A stretch of 64,000 nt of DNA from Octopus vulgaris (GCA_951406725.2 OX597818.1:141112001-141176000), one strand, 5' to 3'; positions 28,753 through 43,247 are shown, numbered from the stretch's first letter. The notes: a model not told the origin generated them from the letters alone. Made by a program: numbers and translations.

Positions 28753-31525
28753 TTGATGAGCTAGCCTTTCGTAATTAATTGAGTTACTCTCGTTTGAGTA
28801 GGAACTGGATATATTCTACGAGTAAAAGCGGAAGTGAGCGAAATATTTCAGATATGATGTAATCTGTTGCACAGTTTTTGTACAGCTTCCACAATGAATC
28901 CTACGTGGATTATTTACTTACCCTAAAGAGAATGTATAGTTACCGTAATGTAATTAGGGCAATGTTGACTTTGTTAAGGTAATAAAGTGATTACCGTACT
29001 GGATTTTGAGAAGTAAGGTATGCAGTGACTTTGTGTTGTTAGAAATATTTTCGTGTTGTTGATGGTGAGTCAGAAAGTAGTGGAATGTTTTTGTCATCGT
29101 TTGTGCAGTAATTGCTTTTTGGTGCTGTTGAAGTAGCTCGGTTACTTAACCATTACTTAATCATTCTGTGACCATTCAGAGTTTTACCATTTTCTCATGT
29201 GTAGTTTACATTGGGCAACGATATTTATTATACACTTTGTGTTAAAACAACTGGATTAAATTCAAGTTTAGTTTCGACACTATAGCAAGCTAGGATTCGT
29301 TAAAGCAAAAAAAAAGTTTTAGATCCAGAGTTCCCAGGCCTTTCTTGTTGCCGGTATCCAGAGAAAACATCTGATAGACAAAGAAAGTAGGTTCTACGTA
29401 GCAATGCCCTCCACTCTTCAGAAAGTTGTTTGAATACAGTGTGCAACATTAACAGAATAGATGGGTATAACATCCAGAATGAAAGGTTTCTTTCTCGGAA
29501 ATGTACAAAACGAGGTGCCCGTATCTAGGGGGAGGAGTGCGGGGTGTGATGTGAACTTTTGCATTTTATAAGGAGACGAGGAATAAAGTGAAGTTAGAAC
29601 AGAAGTCTTCGGATATCGAAGAAACTAGAAATTATGTCTGACCTCACGTTCTTCGGTGTCTACGTGACAGAGACTTTTTTCTGTGTACATTCGATTGCGT
29701 ACATGTTATTGTGTGTCACCAGCTGTTTCTACAAGTTTCACTATGTAAAAGATGAATATTTTATTGAGATTTTGTAATATTATTTTTTAATATAGGAGCT
29801 GTCATTTTACTATGTTATATTCTTTATTGACCTGTCAGTTCATAATCGCACCAATTATTTTCCAATAAATTAGATATAAATATCTAGTTCTGATTGTGTA
29901 TGTATTGTGTCGTTAAAATTGGAGTTTTATTCGGCAGTTATCCACTTCAATTCAGCAGTGCACAAATGTAATCTATATTATTATTAAATATGTTTTCTGA
30001 CTTTCTATGTCTATCGGCCTATTTATGTAACTGACGCAAGCATTTTATAACTTAACACATAACCTTAGCTAAATTTACATGGACATTTATATACAGAAAA
30101 ATAGCGCTTGTGCCACACACGCGCACACACACACACACACACATACACACACACTCACACACACATACACACACGCATACACACATACAGATTGGCTCAT
30201 GTGTGCAGTACTGAACAGAATATTGAAAGTTAAGCAACTAGTTGTGATTCATGTCTCATTGTTTAATACATATTTCAACGATGATAGTGTGGTAGAGATA
30301 CTAGATAGAATTACCAAATCAGTTGTACTAAGATAATAATATACATGTAACTATTCAGTGCATTCAGATATGCGCTGGTTTTATTACGGACTATTTGTGG
30401 TGGAATTAGGATATGTTACTTTGTTTCATTCGCGTGTGTCAGTGACAAGGGCGAGATCTGTTATTTAAAGACACAACATGCAGTTGTAAAGACTAACAGC
30501 CACATAATTGAAGTATGATAAATATAGCATGCATCTACGCTATTTACAAGCAATGATTTCAAAGTCAACAAAGATTACTTTCTTTAGGGTATGTGTACAC
30601 AGATTTCTCTATTGACCTGAAATGTCAACTATGAACAAGCCGATTCATATTTGTTTTGGTGATACATTCACCAATCTTCTCATAGAGACTCAAAAACATC
30701 TCATGGCATGATCACAAGATCAAAGTGGACACAATTCATCAATCAGTACTAATGTTACTCAAAGTCTACTGCTAATGATGAATAGAAATGAGGAAAAATT
30801 AATGAGGAATAGAGATGAGGATAAAGTAATAAAGAATAGAGACTTCTTGCCTGATGCGGTTAAAAACAACACGGTTGCAGCTGGATGATACGCTGTCTGT
30901 GTCTTGCAATGATAACAAAATATCTACATTCGTATCTAAATTGTTATTTAAATTCATCTCAGGTGTGCATTCTTTGCCGTTCTTTCATGCAGGAAAAGCT
31001 ACTGCTCACGGAGTGCCTTTGAAAGACTTGAATAAATACACACCTGAAGGCGGTAGATTTTAATGACGTTAAAAATGTTGATTAAATGTAGAGGGCAACA
31101 TCAGAACACACAGGTGTTCCACATACTCATATGCCATGTATATCTGTGCCCTACCGTAAGTCTCAGTAGATTAACTATGACAAAGTGTTACGAGTTTATC
31201 TTCAACTCAAGTTCATTGAAGAAGTACGTGTCGATCCAAGAGTGTTGCAGAAAACATTTAACCAATATAGCATGAAGCAAAGAGAATTTCTTATTCGTTA
31301 ATACACATGTGTGCGGACATACGCACACACACATATATAGGTATATATATATATGTGTGAATATATATATATGTGTGTATATGTGAATATATATAGATAT
31401 ATAGATAGATAGGTAGATAGATAGGTGGGTAGGTAGGTAGGTAGGTAGCTAGGTAGGTAGGTAGGTAGCTAGCTAGGTAGGTAGCTAGCTAGCTAGGTAG
31501 ATATGTGAATATATATATGTATATG

Positions 31526-31577
<52 letters not shown>

Positions 31578-31600
31578 GATAGATACATACATAGATAGGT

Positions 31601-31634
<34 letters not shown>

Positions 31635-31635
31635 T

Positions 31636-31710
<75 letters not shown>

Positions 31711-31723
31711 TTAGGTAGGCAGG

Positions 31724-31758
<35 letters not shown>

Positions 31759-31780
31759 GCAGTCTGACAGACTGTCACAC

Positions 31781-31877
<97 letters not shown>

Positions 31878-32053
31878 TGGTAGGCATCCGTCGGGCTCGG
31901 GAGACCATGGATCTGCGCCTGAAGAATTTATGTTGGCTACTGTGATACTGTACAGATCCTAAGGGCGTACAGGTCCACGTGTAGCGACATCATTCAAAGA
32001 AGCTCTTCGCCAGAGCAACTCACTTATCCGATCTTGGAGTGCGCAACGAACGC
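31878..32053 (-). mobile_element. Probable 3' end of an RTE-clade LINE
   Basis: Minus strand reads [18 protein letters not shown], resembling RTE C-termini, and runs into (TATC)n. Confidence 0.5.
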
Positions 32054-32714
32054 AAATAGATAAATACGTACAGACAAACTAAATGACATAAAAGCAGACA
32101 GACACTTTTTCCATTTAAATGGAAATCACTGAGAAATATTCTTCAGATGCAGAGAACGGACGCAGGGCGAATGAATTAATAAATTAATTACTTAATGAAA
32201 GAATGAATGAACGAATAAATGTATAAATGAATAAATGAATGAACGTGGCATCAAGCCACGTACATGGTAAAAGACCTAAAAGCACCAATCATAGAAATCA
32301 ATTTGAGTCACAGACGAACGAATGAGATCGTATGCGCAATCACCGGATATTATTTACACTCAGCACTTCCGTCTCTTTATGATAGCAGTTAGCAAATTTA
32401 CTTGTAATTTAAACCTAAATGAAAATTGCAGATCTTTGTGTGTTGTTGGTATGTTTGAAATGACTGTTTTTGTCTCTGGAGTGGTTCGCCTTTTCTTAGT
32501 CTCAGCTTTTCCAAGTAGTCAAATCAATTTCCTCTCTCTATTTCTAAGTTTTCATATATATTACTCATTTCAGTTTAATTTCACAAATATGATATACCTA
32601 ACAACACGCATATACAGAGATACGCATACATACACACACACTCACACATACACACAATCACGCACACACATGCGCGCACATGCACATACACGCGGAGTTA
32701 CACATGTGCATCTT

Positions 32715-32820
<106 letters not shown>

Positions 32821-33270
32821 CGTATGTATGTATGTATCCTAGCAGTATACCCGGTGTTGTCCGGGTTAAATAGAATAATGAAATTTAAAAAGGCCGTCTA
32901 GATTACGCAGGTGTCAATTGCTAGTAGCTGAGATACCAGCTTTCTACATTAATAACTTTGCAACCCCTGCCAGCATGGAACATAGACGTTAAGTGAAATG
33001 TTGATTGTTAAAAGATTTTCGACTCATATATGTATTTAAAGTAAATACACGTAATCCAAAAACACGTTTTGTGTAGCATATTTTGTAACCAAAAAAAAGA
33101 CAAGTATATACAAACAATGGAAGGCCGATTTTGGTGATACATTTGACATAGGTAGTAGAGAGCCAATCCGATGATAAATTTGATCTTGGATTTTGGCAGT
33201 TTGCATACATCTTGGCTCAGTTAAATCTCTTGTGGCTCCAAATGGTTTCCTCAGTAGTGCAGTTTTGTAT

Positions 33271-33505
33271 TACTCTTTACTCTTTAACTCTTTTACTTGT
33301 TTCAGTCATTTGACTGCGGCCATGCTGGAGCACCGCCTTTAGTCGAGCAAATCGACCCCGAGACTTATTTTTTGTAAGCCCAGTACTTATTATATCGGTC
33401 TCTTTTGCCGAACCGCTAAGTGACGGGGACGTAAACACACACCAGCATCGGTTGTCAAGCAATGCTAGGGGACAAACACAGACACACAAACACACACACA
33501 CATGC

Positions 33506-33545
<40 letters not shown>

Positions 33546-33700
33546 GACAGGTTTCTTTCAGTTTCCGTCTACCAAATCCACTCACAAGGCATTGGTCGGC
33601 CCGGGGCTATAGCAGAAGACACTTGCCCAAGTTGCCACGCAGTGGATTGAACCCAGAACCATGTGGTTGGTTAGCAAGCCACTTACCACACAGCCACTCC
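33271..33700 (-). mobile_element. SINE family C inserted in the Helitron ORF
   Basis: Head GGAGTGGCTGTGTGGTAAG, core GGGCAAGTGTCTTC, internal microsatellite; TGTAT flanks both sides. Confidence 0.92.
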
Positions 33701-34171
33701 TGTATAACTTTGTTTTGGAAATGTTTGGAATCTTGGTCAGTTGATGACAGCAGTTACGTCAATGGCTCTGGAGGTTGGGGGTTGCAGGGAGTTTAACCTT
33801 TTCATCACTGTAGCACAGTGAAAGTGTCTCTGCAGGCCGCTTCCTTGCATTACTATGAATGCACTTCGTTGTCATTGTACCAATCATTAGTGATATCAGC
33901 ATAATGAACTGCAGGATCGTAATTGAAAATTACTTCATAGAAGTTACTTCTCGGGGCTGTTGCAACTGTTCTGCAGTGGAGATCCTATTCCTTGTTAGGC
34001 GTGCATACATATGTTCATCAGTTTGGGATGCTCTGGCTTTTGTAGTACACAGTATGTTCGTTTCTTGGTATGCTTAACTTTCTGCAGCTGCCTGTCTTTC
34101 CCTGGACAGAGACATTCTTTTGACTGACATTGTAGACAAATTTGACACTTTCTTTCTAAGCATGTTTATAT

Positions 34172-34318
34172 AATGGTTGTATACTGTCAATCTAACAAGA
34201 ACGTGACAGTAGGGGTACACCACCGCTGTATAGCCCTAGGAAGCATCGAACGCCTCCTGATGGCTTTGACACATTTTTCCCTGTGTCCTTATATATATTT
34301 GTGTCCTTATATTTTTCC

Positions 34319-34382
<64 letters not shown>

Positions 34383-34504
34383 ATAAGGACACAGGGAAAA
34401 ATGTGTCAAAGCCATCAGGAGGCGTTCGATGCTTCCTAGGGCTATACAGCGGTGGTTTACCCCCTACTGTCACGTTCTTGTTAGATTGACAGTATACAAC
34501 CATT
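34172..34504. repeat. Near-perfect palindrome with ~124-bp arms and a (TA)n centre
   Basis: 34172-34296 versus 34380-34504, one mismatch seen. Confidence 0.95.
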
Positions 34505-35256
34505 CTATCGCCCCACCACCGTACATGTCTCTACGAGAGATTTAGAAATTCAATATTTCTTATTTTCATGTTTATATACATATACAGAAATACACAGGTG
34601 CAGAAGATAATAAACAAAGAAAATAACTGGGTAACGAAGATTATATTTCTAAATATGACAAACGGAAAGCAAACTAGAAACTTTTGCAGAAGGTAAAGAA
34701 TTGTACGGGTGGAAGCGATGTTTGTCGCTTAGTGAAAGAAAGAGCCAGTACCGAAGGAAGCAGAAAAAAGCCAACAGAAAAACACAAAACCGTTGCAAAA
34801 GTAAATAAGACATTTTTAAGGAAACCAAGTATACAGATTTAAGTGAAATTTTTGAAATTACTTCTGTCAGTAAATAATTAACTTATATTAATCAGTAATT
34901 TCGTCAACAACAAAAAAACACCAACGTTGCTAATGTAAATAAGAAATTTGTAGGCAAATTTAAAGAAGTGTACGGATTGAAGAGACATTGATGATGTTAC
35001 TTCTGTTAGTAAATTGCTTTCATCAGTAATTGTGAACTTCTTTCCGTGAAAATTTGTCGTTCTTGTTTGTAAATAGTGATTGAAAACTTACAGTGAAAAC
35101 AATAGCAATTGAACTTAAAGTGAAAACAATAGCATCTGAAATCTGAAAGTGAAACCAATAGAGAGTGAGTGAGAGACAATAAGAGGTAGTGGGAGAGATC
35201 TAGCTAGTTAGACAAATGTGATAAATATAGATAGAGAGATAGATAGACAGACAGTG

Positions 35257-35378
<122 letters not shown>

Positions 35379-35789
35379 AGTTATAGTCAGGTAGATAAAG
35401 AGATAGATACATGCAGAGATATAGATAGAGAAATAGAGATACGCATGAAAACAAATATATTAGTTGAGATTGTGATAATTTTTTGACCAATGGATGTAAA
35501 GGAGACAATTAATTTCTGGAAGTTACTTCGCTAAGAGTTACCTCCCTTGTCGACGTAACCCATGAATGGGTATTTCTGCTACCAGGGAGCCCGTTATTCA
35601 TTATGTGAAACGTTTTAAGACTCTAGAACCATATCTGGAACAGAAGTAATATATGTTCCCAGTTTGGAGAATATCAGTTGAAAAATACGACCATATTTTC
35701 ATTTATACACACACGCACGCACACGCACACGCACGCACACACACACACACTCACACACACACAACGGGACTTATCTTATAGAGATAATA

Positions 35790-36830
35790 GTATGAAATTT
35801 GTAGTATGGAATTTGATGGTTTTCCTATCAAGCAGTTTTCCAAATTCTGTAAAAAAAATGGAAGTCAGTGGGGGGCAAGATCAGGTGAGTATGGTGGATG
35901 ACGGAGAACTTCCAACTCCAACTCCTGTAGTTTCGCCACTACCATTTTGTGATGTGTGGTCTGGCGTTGTCTTACAATAAAATAGGAGTGGGTCAGTTGA
36001 CTGATCTAGGCTGTTTTTTGTAAGTTTCTGCTCCTCATTTGATCCAGTTGGCCGCAGTATACTTCGGCCATGATTGAAAATGCAGGCTTAATAAAATCAT
36101 GATGGATCACACTTGCACCACATCACCAAACACACACAATCGTCTTCTTTTGATGAATTTTGCTTTTTGTACTGTTTTGGTGGTTCGTCTTTCTCCAACC
36201 ACAGTACTGAACGTTTGCTGTTGTTGTATGGGTTCCATTTCTCCTCACATGTTACAATTCTATTCAGAAATGATTCATGTTTGTGATGAGAAAATAGCAA
36301 AATGCAGGCTTCCTTACGTTTCTGTTTCTGATTTTCATTGAGTTGTTGTGGAACCCACTTAACCAACATTTTCACTTTTACTGATTTGAACTAGGTAAAT
36401 CAATATCTATTTCTTTATTACCCACAAGGGGATAAACACAGAGGGGAAAACAAGGACAGACATAGGTATTAAGTCGATTACATCGACTCCAGTGCGTAAC
36501 TGGTACTTAATTTATCGACCCCGAAAGGATGAAAGGCAAAGTCGACCTCGGCGGAATTTGAACTCACAACGTAACGCAGACGAAATACCGCTAAGCATTT
36601 CGCCCGGCGTGCTAATGTTTCTGCCAGCTCGCCGCCTTAAAGTCAATATCATTTGCTTCCTCACACAAAACAAAAACGATGATTCACGGGTACTTTGAGA
36701 TGGATCTGACTCGACGGTGGCTTTCAGTTCATCATTATCCATATTTGCTTCCGGTGGACCGCATTGGTCATTTGTAAGGGCAAAGTTACCAGCACGAAAT
36801 TTTGCAAACCAATTTGCAAAATAATAAATA
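35790..36830 (-). pseudogene. mariner transposase pseudogene
   Basis: WFAKFRAGNF..ELKATVESDP, WVPQQL, FLNRIVTCEEKW, QDNARPH and HPPYSPDLAP motifs, with frameshifts. Confidence 0.92.
36408..36640 (-). mobile_element. SINE family A inserted in mariner
   Basis: Full-length copy; TCAATATC duplicated at 36400-36407 and 36643-36650. Confidence 0.93.
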
Positions 36831-37095
36831 AAACGTATACATTCGGTTATTCTACCAAATATATACGTTTCATTTATTATTTTGCACATTACTTAATCAT
36901 CGGTATATTATTGTTATTTTATATTTAATATTTCTATTATATGTAATTTTCGAGATGGTGCAATTTAATTGTTCATTTTGAATTGATAAAAGGTGTTTTT
37001 TCCTAATTTTTATATATATATTATATTTTGTGAAATTTGATTTAGTATTTCTAAATTGAATTTTTCCCTGTCAGTTAGAAATTATATTCCCTCAA

Positions 37096-37133
<38 letters not shown>

Positions 37134-37163
37134 ATCTATGAATATATGTATGCTTATGCATAT

Positions 37164-37290
<127 letters not shown>

Positions 37291-37324
37291 TGGAGTTGAA
37301 CGACGAATTAACAAAATTCCTTTA

Positions 37325-37407
37325 TTTTCGACATACGTTTCGAAGGCTGCATATTCCTAATTGCGAAGGAATAAGGAGTACATTATGTCGCTTTCTCATC
37401 AGGAAAA
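37325..37407 (-). ncRNA. Type I hammerhead ribozyme, core intact (same family as 48893 and 49542)
   Basis: TTTTC-CTGATGA-GAA..long stem II..TTC-GAAA-CGTATG-TC-GAAAA, overlapping AATAAA. Confidence 0.85.
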
Positions 37408-38307
37408 GCAAGGAACTTATGGCAACTTATGTATATATACATACAACTCAAATCGCATAATGTTATCAATTAAGATTGCGGTTTTCAATAATATCCGGTT
37501 TATTATATTAAACATATAACAAATAACTAAATAGGATAGGGATACATTCATTTTGATAACGTCATAAGACTGACAAAAACATTATCCGCGCACAGAATAA
37601 ATGGCTTCCACTATGTATTGTGTGTGTTCATTTGTGTGCGAGTGCATGTGTCTGTGCGTGTGTGTGTGTGTACGGACGTCTGTCCTTGTGTTTATATGTA
37701 TGTGTGTATGTATGTATGTATGTATGTATGTATGTATGTATGTATGTATATATGTATGTATGTATGTATGTATGTCCGAAAAATATTCCTACCCGTATAT
37801 TAAGTAAACTTTTACTCTGTTCATGTACATCTGTTAATATTTTGGTACATTATAAATCAAGCTAGGAAGAACTTCAGACAAACCACATCATAAATGAAAT
37901 TTATCGCTTCTATCCTAACAGTATAGGGAAATTTAAAATAAGCATATATATTCATTTATACACTAAGATAGCATAAGTGAGAATATATCAGAAATGGTTA
38001 TTGCAAGATCCAAACAATATGTCTGCAGTTGATTTGTCATTTTGTTAAATTTGCGCAGCAATATTTTCACTCTATCATATGGTTAATATTTCTATTTTAT
38101 GCTCTGTTGCATTTTTATATATACATCAATAAATGGAAACATACTGTCATTAGAAGAGACTTTTAAAGTATCTGAAAGAACAACTTCTATACACAATTAA
38201 CTTTCCAAATAACAATGTAGTATTTGTTGTATGATATGATGAGTTGCATCCGAAATAGATAGATAGATAGATAAACAGATATAATAATAATAATAACAAT
38301 ATTAACA

Positions 38308-38462
<155 letters not shown>

Positions 38463-38472
38463 AATGATAATA

Positions 38473-39030
38473 AATACCCTGATGCAATACCATACAGTGG
38501 CTCTCGTGGCTTCGGATCATTACTGATTGGAAGTGTTATCATGTACATTGTTTTGTCTTGGTATAAAAGATGGGCTACAGCAAATATTCTGCTCAATACC
38601 ACAGATTTGCTTGTCAGTTGTTTGACCTTAACCAGTTGACCATGTCCCTTAGTGGCTGACGATATGTGCATCTCTAATCAAGAGCAGAAGTAGTGGAGGA
38701 GCATCATAGCCATGTGTTGAGAGGAATTCTTTGGGGTTTGAATAATTCCCCTCTGGAAACATGGGTGGTTCGTTCAACATCCTTAAACAATCCTTATTCA
38801 GGGACCTTTTGAGAGGGATGGGCTACTCGACCAGAAGAAAATTCTAACTGGGCCCCACTTGCAAGGTCATGCGCTGTTTATCTTGATATGAGATCACCAT
38901 GTCGCACACATATGATTGTGATGCATGTGCCTGGTGTACCCTTATCAGACAGGTAGTCATGATGTGTATACTGGGCTTCGTATATTTTACCCCAGTGTCA
39001 CTTTGATGGTATGCACTGCTCTCTCACACA
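38473..39030. mobile_element. Unclassified ~550-bp GC-richer element embedded in (AAT)n
   Basis: Sharp compositional boundaries with AAT-type repeats on both sides; no ORF or TIR recognised. Confidence 0.5.
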
Positions 39031-39211
39031 ATTATAATCATCATAATAAATAATTTGGAAAAATAAGTATGAGTCGACTTAAATGTGTTTAATGTGTTTT
39101 AAATTTTGCGTAGAGCATCGGCACGGTTTAGGCTACCTTTTGTCATCTGCAGTTGTGGTACTCATCCGTTGGATCTACTTCAGAAGCTGCGCAGTGGCAG
39201 TTAGGGTAGTA

Positions 39212-39513
39212 GTATTCATTAAAAGGAGATGGGTTTTGTATTAGACCATGGGTTTTGTACAACATATGGGTTTTGTACAACATATGGGTTTTGTACAACA
39301 TATGTTTTGACCCATCAGTCCGGATCTCTTGAGGTTCATTGACAAAAAAATCTCAATGGAGATTCTTATTGTTGACTGGTTTGTAGTTATATGCCCGTCA
39401 ACTTGACGGCATATAACAACAAAACATCTTTATCGATGTATATGAAGAGTCCCAGACTGATGGGTCGAAGCGTACGTCGTACCTAATGAAATCTATCTCC
39501 TTTAAATTATTAC
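39212..39513. mobile_element. Old palindromic element with two decayed divergent HHR motifs
   Basis: Centre GTTATATGCCCGTCAA-C-TTGACGGCATATAAC; HHR-like at 39293-39337 (-) and 39438-39482 (+); 18-bp tandem triplication at 39248-39304. Confidence 0.7.
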
Positions 39514-39532
39514 TCAATGTATGTGTGTGTGT

Positions 39533-39965
39533 ATCATCTGAGAGACTTTTGTATCATCTGCATAGCTAGCAAGGGTAGCTACTTTAGCAGCTGAAAGCAT
39601 GTCAGAGAGGGCCACAATGAATAGCAGTGGCCTCAGGAGAGTGCCGTGTGTAACATCACTCATGATTGATGCTTCCTTCGAGGTCGCCCCATTGACCACC
39701 ACCACGTGACTTCTATCTTTTAGAAATTCCTGTAGCCATTTTCCAAGTTTTCAAATATGCCAAGATTTCGGAGCCTGTGTCAAATCAAAGTCGAGGTATA
39801 TCACGTCTACATTTATGTTATTGAGCAGCTGCTTTAGCACCCAGCCATAATGCTGCAAGAGCTGTGTCAGGCAGTTTCTACTTTGTCGAAAAACATGCTG
39901 GGTGTCAGTCAGCAAATCATACTCTTCGAGGAATGCAATAAATTTCCTTCAGACTATTCGTTCGA
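39533..39965 (-). pseudogene. CR1-group LINE reverse transcriptase fragment
   Basis: VVVNG..SDVTHGTLLRPLLF..YADDTK (decayed SGVPQG/YADD motifs). Confidence 0.88.
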
Positions 39966-40399
39966 TGACTTTCCTAATTCTAGCATTTTCATGACCTACA
40001 CAATTTACGCCCTCCCCACATTGTGTGCGCAAAGTTATGCGTATTACCTGTTTCTCTTGTTCCACAAATCTGTTTTCTCCATGTGTGCATAATGTATGTA
40101 TATGTGTATATGTGTGTATGTGTATGTGGTGCGTCTGTGTGTCTGGTGGGGGGTTGTAAGTAAGCATATACGTTTGTATGATTGTATATATGTTTCCGTG
40201 AGTGCGCATACATCCACACATTTATCTACGGGCACGTATTTATATATGTTAACACACACATATACACACACACACACATACACACACGCACATATATATA
40301 TTCTCTAATTCTCTTATTCTTTTATACGATTGCACCCTAAGGCTGTGACCATGCTCGAGAAACCTTTCAAAGTGTAATCATATTTTCAAAGGCTATTCT

Positions 40400-41012
40400 A
40401 ATGCGTTTGGCCATTCTAATGAGATTGCAACCCTCTATTGAGTTTCTTGTCGTTATATACAGCCATCTAAGACCTTGGACAGCAGGAGGTCGAGTTGCTT
40501 CTTGAAATCACCTATCTCTACTCCATGAATATCCTTCAGATATTTTGTCAAAGCATTTAAAAGCTATTTATAGTACATGACCCTCACAAGCTATTGTAGT
40601 ACAAGCTATTATAGTACATGACCCTCACACTAGTCAGGAAAGCTCTGGATAGCTGGAACCATTGGAACAGTGCAATGACGTCCATTTCGTTAGCTGGATA
40701 GCTCTCGATACCAAAGTTTGATGCCAGCCCTTTCAGGATCTTCCATACGTGCATCACTGCATATCTCCCCTGTCTTTGCTTATGGGAGTAGAGTCGTATC
40801 TTTTTCAGCCTCACCCAGCAGTTCAATTGATGTAATATTCTTGGCGTAGAACCACGGAACTGCTGCTTCAAGTTCCGCTAATAATTTGACACTGAAAGGT
40901 TACCGCAACTGAAAGCAGTAGACCAGATGCCTGATTACAAAGGCCCTCCATAGAACCAGCATAGTTTCCTCGTCCCTTGTTCTGAAGGTTGTCAGAATCC
41001 ATCTGGCCATTA
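40400..41012 (-). pseudogene. CR1-group LINE ORF2 C-terminal fragment
   Basis: MARWILTTFRTRD..HLVYCFQL and WVRLKKIRLYS..RYAVMHVWKIL, homologous to the 46091 ORF. Confidence 0.82.
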
Positions 41013-42716
41013 CGCACACACGCACACACACACACACACACACACATGCACACACAAACACACACACACACGCATACGCACACACATACACATACACACA
41101 TGCATATATATATACACACACATGTATTTACTATGTATTCGTATATATTTAGCATAGTGATGGCGATACTAAAAACCTCGTGCAGCACACATACACACAC
41201 ATACATAGACGTTCATCCGTACGTACATACGCACATACATACATACACACATACATACATACATACATACGTACGTACATACATACATACATACATACAT
41301 ACATACATACATACATAAATACATACATACATATTAACCGAACAGGTTTAGACAGAACTTAGAATAATATAACTGAATCAGCTGGTATCTCCCTTTAATG
41401 TCTAACGTCGTTATTTCGTTTGATGAGCATAAAATCCACACAATGAGAATAAATAATTACTTAGACATTTACAAATCTTTCTAAGTGAATTCATAACCAG
41501 TGCTTCGTGCTGTGTTGTCCAGTTATCAGGAAATTCTATTTGATTCAATATGACTCATATAATTCCTAAATATCTCATACATCTGTTAAAACTAATAAAC
41601 AGTACAAGTTTTTAAGAGCTTGCTTTACTGCAGTAGATGACATACACTGACACTCAACTGTAGGAGACACTGATTCCTGTGTATAGTCAGCTAGTAGAGA
41701 GAGATTCTACGTTGTATCTCTAAACGTACAAAATATCAGTAAAGTATACCTCATATCCGAAACCCGCCGCCTTAAAGAATGAAGATCATAAGGATTAATG
41801 TTGTCGTAGTTAGTCAATTGGAAAGAACTAGGGAAAGAGATTAGGTCAAGCAAGAAAGGCGGACAGAATACAGGTGACGAGAGGAGATGAATGAGTCAGC
41901 AATTTTTTTTTTTTTTTGTAGAGGTGAAAGGATGCTTCTACTTCGGAGGAGAAGCCACTGAAGTTGAGATAGAAATGTGAGGGATATATGCGTTTTTTTC
42001 AACTAAAATACCCTTCCGCTTCGTATGACAAGGGAGTGAAATGCGAGAGATTCTTCTGAATGTTTTAACAGAGCAATCATCAACATTGAGGAGCTCTCCA
42101 TAACTTGACCTAAATATCATTGTTTGTACATCAGGTGACCGTTACAGAATTGGGCAGAATAGATTGTAATACTTGTCCAACTCTCTGCGCTCTAAGTTCT
42201 AATTCTACATAAGACTAGATAGTCTTTCATCCTTTCGCGATCGATAAAAATCACAAATCCAAGGCGATGGTTAGGCGAAACTGTCAGAGCTTCGAGTTAG
42301 ATACATTCCAGTTTTTTTTTTCCAGGTCTTTGTGTTTTTGATAACAATGCCTACGACATTACTTGTGCCAAGTTCTATCAGCACCAAATCGTAGTCTTAC
42401 CTTTGGATATATATCAGCGACATGGACATCGGTGACTTGCATGCATAAGAAACTACCACTCTTATTTGAAATATCTATTCAAGGCCTGTGCAAACATGCG
42501 TGGATGCAGGGTCAGCCTTCATCGATACTTATACTATATTAAGGACACTTTATATTATGTGAAATTGTATGACAGTAAAGTCAGATTTGCGATAGATTTA
42601 TCCTACTTTTCTAGTAGAGCAAACATCCAAGCAGAGGAGCTCTCTTTCTCTCACCTCATCTCTCTCTCTCTTTCCCTCTCTCTCTCTCTCTCTTTCCCTT
42701 TCTCTCTCTCTCTCTT

Positions 42717-42747
<31 letters not shown>

Positions 42748-42770
42748 TTCCCTTTCTCTCTCTCTCTCTT

Positions 42771-42817
<47 letters not shown>

Positions 42818-43167
42818 CGTTAGTATGGGAAATGAATTGTATGTTTATTTCTTTATTAGAGGATATCAGTTATATACGACAGAAAATATATGTCAATTGA
42901 ATTACATATAAGCTCAATACATTCCAGTATAAAAGAAGTTTCAATCTGTATAATTTGTATTTTTTTCTTTTTGCGTTATTCTGTGTGTGTGTGGGTGGGT
43001 GGGGGTTTCACTGAAATAATATTCCGATTGGAAAGCAATTTGCTATAACGGAAACGGCCGAGACAGCAACCTGAAGGGTAATTGGTCCCTAAATAATTCA
43101 AATCTAAAAATACTTCGAATTTGTGGCCCAACATGTCCGCATTACATCATCATTATTATTATTATTA

Positions 43168-43225
<58 letters not shown>

Positions 43226-43247
43226 ATATAATGTGTGTGTGTGTGTG

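Larger units (their letters stand above)
32839..34588 (-). mobile_element. Internally deleted Helitron with RepHel N-terminal pseudogene
   Basis: 3' hairpin CCCGGACAACACCGGG then CTAG at 32839; decayed peptides MLRKKVSNLS (from 34163), FNYDP, IGTMTTKC..ETLSLC..KVKLP, PPEPL..SKHF and KIQDQIYHRIGSLLP; probable 5' TC end near 34588. Confidence 0.85.

Noticed and set aside
29502-29669. Solo-LTR-like stretch (TATA, AATAAA, ends TGACA)
   Set aside because: No matching 5' inverted end or TSD
43005-43070. GAAACGGCCG palindrome
   Set aside because: No recognisable core or cleavage triplet
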